A stretch of 64,000 nucleotides of DNA, taken from positions 2,139 through 66,138 of the forward strand of contig JADLBN010000269.1 of the NCBI GenBank assembly GCA_020847675.1, written 5' to 3'. Within the stretch, counting starts at the first letter, position 1. Each line of letters starts with the position of its first letter. Origin of the DNA: Burkholderiales bacterium. GTDB lineage: Bacteria; Pseudomonadota; Gammaproteobacteria; Burkholderiales; Casimicrobiaceae. Shown here one piece after another: positions 62,764 through 64,000 of this stretch. A model generated the notes under the pieces. The model did no database searches. It had not been told where the DNA came from and saw nothing but the letters and a program-made list of their open reading frames with translations. Both the position numbers and the translations under genes were made by a program.

Positions 62764-63596
62764 CGCAGGACGGCCTCACGGTCCGGCGCGCGGTCGCCCT
62801 GTCGGGCCTCGTCCCGGCCGATGCCCTCGTTCTGCTTGCGCACGCGCTCGGCGTGGACCGGGCGTGGCTCGTCGCGCACGCGACCGATCCGCTGCCGCGC
62901 GAGCGCAGCGACGCGTTCCTCGCGCTCGCCCAGCGCCGTCGCGACGGCGAGCCGGTCGCCTACCTCACCGGATGGCGCGAGTTCTTCGGCCTCGATCTCG
63001 CGGTCACGCCCTCGGTGCTGATCCCGAGGCCCGAGACCGAGACGCTGGTCGAGGTCGTGCTCGAACGTCTGCCCGCCGATCGGAAGGTGCGCGTCGTGGA
63101 CCTCGGCACCGGCTCGGGAGCCATCGCGCTCGCGATCGCGTCGCAGCGTCCGCTCGCGCAGGTCCTTGCGACCGACCTGTCCGATGCCGCACTCGACGTC
63201 GCGCGCGGCAACGCGGCGCGGCTCGGGCTCGCGAACGTCAGGTTCACGCAGGGTGACTGGTACGCCGCGCTCGCCGGGGAGTCGGCCCCGTTCGACGCAA
63301 TCGCCGCCAATCCGCCCTACATCGCCGCCGGCGACGGGCACCTCGGCGAAGGCGATCTGCGCAGCGAGCCCGTGCAGGCGCTCACCCCCGGCGGCGACGG
63401 GCTCGACGCATTGCGCACGATCGTAGCCGGCGCACCCGCGCGGCTCGCGCCCGACGGCTGGCTCGCCGTCGAGCACGGCCACGACCAGGGCGACGACGTG
63501 CGGGCGCTGTTCGAGGCGGCGGGCCTGCGCGAAATCACCGTCCGGCGCGATCTCGCGGGGATTCCCCGGGTGGTCGCCGGACGCAGGGGAGGCTGA
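62760..63596 (+). CDS. prmC: Release factor glutamine methyltransferase
   Basis: GEPVAYL.G.REF, VLIPRPETE, DLGTGSGAIA, NPPY, EHG.DQ, DLAG..R. Confidence 0.96.
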   Translation: MTQDGLTVRRAVALSGLVPADALVLLAHALGVDRAWLVAHATDPLPRERSDAFLALAQRRRDGEPVAYLTGWREFFGLDLAVTPSVLIPRPETETLVEVVLERLPADRKVRVVDLGTGSGAIALAIASQRPLAQVLATDLSDAALDVARGNAARLGLANVRFTQGDWYAALAGESAPFDAIAANPPYIAAGDGHLGEGDLRSEPVQALTPGGDGLDALRTIVAGAPARLAPDGWLAVEHGHDQGDDVRALFEAAGLREITVRRDLAGIPRVVAGRRGG

Positions 63597-63770
63597 GTCC
63601 GCGTTTGGCGGGACGCCGCGGACCCCGCGCTCCCCGGTCGCATCGGAATGCCGGCCCCGTCGGGTGGCGAAGCGATGGCCGCAGTCGCCTCGGCGCGACC
63701 CGACCCGCCCGGGCGGCGATTCGTCGCATCGGTGCCCGATCGGTCAGTCGCCGGCCGGAGAATGGCGGGC

Positions 63771-63914
63771 ATGGACTCCACCGTTCCCGCTTCGCGCTCG
63801 CGCGGCGTGCGTCCCGCGCTTCGCGACGCGTCCGCCTTCGCCGATCCCGCCCTCTGGGCGTGGATCGCCGTCGCCGTGATGCTCGTCGTCCCGGCGCTGC
63901 GGATGCTCGCCTGA
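63771..63914 (+). CDS. Small single-TM hypothetical protein (47 aa)
   Basis: GGAG upstream, host-like codons, hydrophobic LWAWIAVAVMLVVPAL. Confidence 0.5.
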   Translation: MDSTVPASRSRGVRPALRDASAFADPALWAWIAVAVMLVVPALRMLA

Positions 63915-64000
63915 CCCGGCTGCTCCGGGGCGATCGGTCAAGGAAGTTGACCTGTTTGGCGCGGGTGCCGCGCGTGGCGCCCTCGCGCGGATCAGCCGGC

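Overview
High-GC bacterial chromosomal segment (about 70% GC by eye); gene content suggests a betaproteobacterium (Burkholderiales-like). In order: 5'-truncated dinB; fadH; a run of unannotated small ORFs; a nucleoside ABC transporter plus URC-type pyrimidine catabolism cluster (GTP cyclohydrolase II-like/Urc1, DUF1688/Urc4, upp, cytosine deaminase); a Bug receptor-adenylation enzyme-carrier protein-hydrolase cassette; cbpA-cbpM and an orphan molybdopterin large subunit; a lower-GC restriction-modification islet (M.PvuII-like methylase, unrelated nuclease, excisionase-like HTH); dodecin; pbpC and alpha-2-macroglobulin divergent from a large anchored sedolisin; TPR regulator, PAS protein, arsM; O-GlcNAc-transferase-like and zeta-toxin-like kinase genes; an IclR/ABC catabolic cluster; a tRNA-Ala-linked islet remnant; lldD, a MerR module, ridA-recG and hemA-prfA-GNAT-prmC. 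The most striking unexplained structures are (i) palindromic 12-bp tandem repeats (GTGTCWGACACC)n at three gene junctions, one of which appears to have frameshifted recG and now supplies its start codon, (ii) a 48-bp repeat supplying both a stop and a start codon at the urc1/urc4 junction, and (iii) three adjacent Cys-pair micropeptide ORFs. All calls rest on motif recognition by eye; no searches were run.
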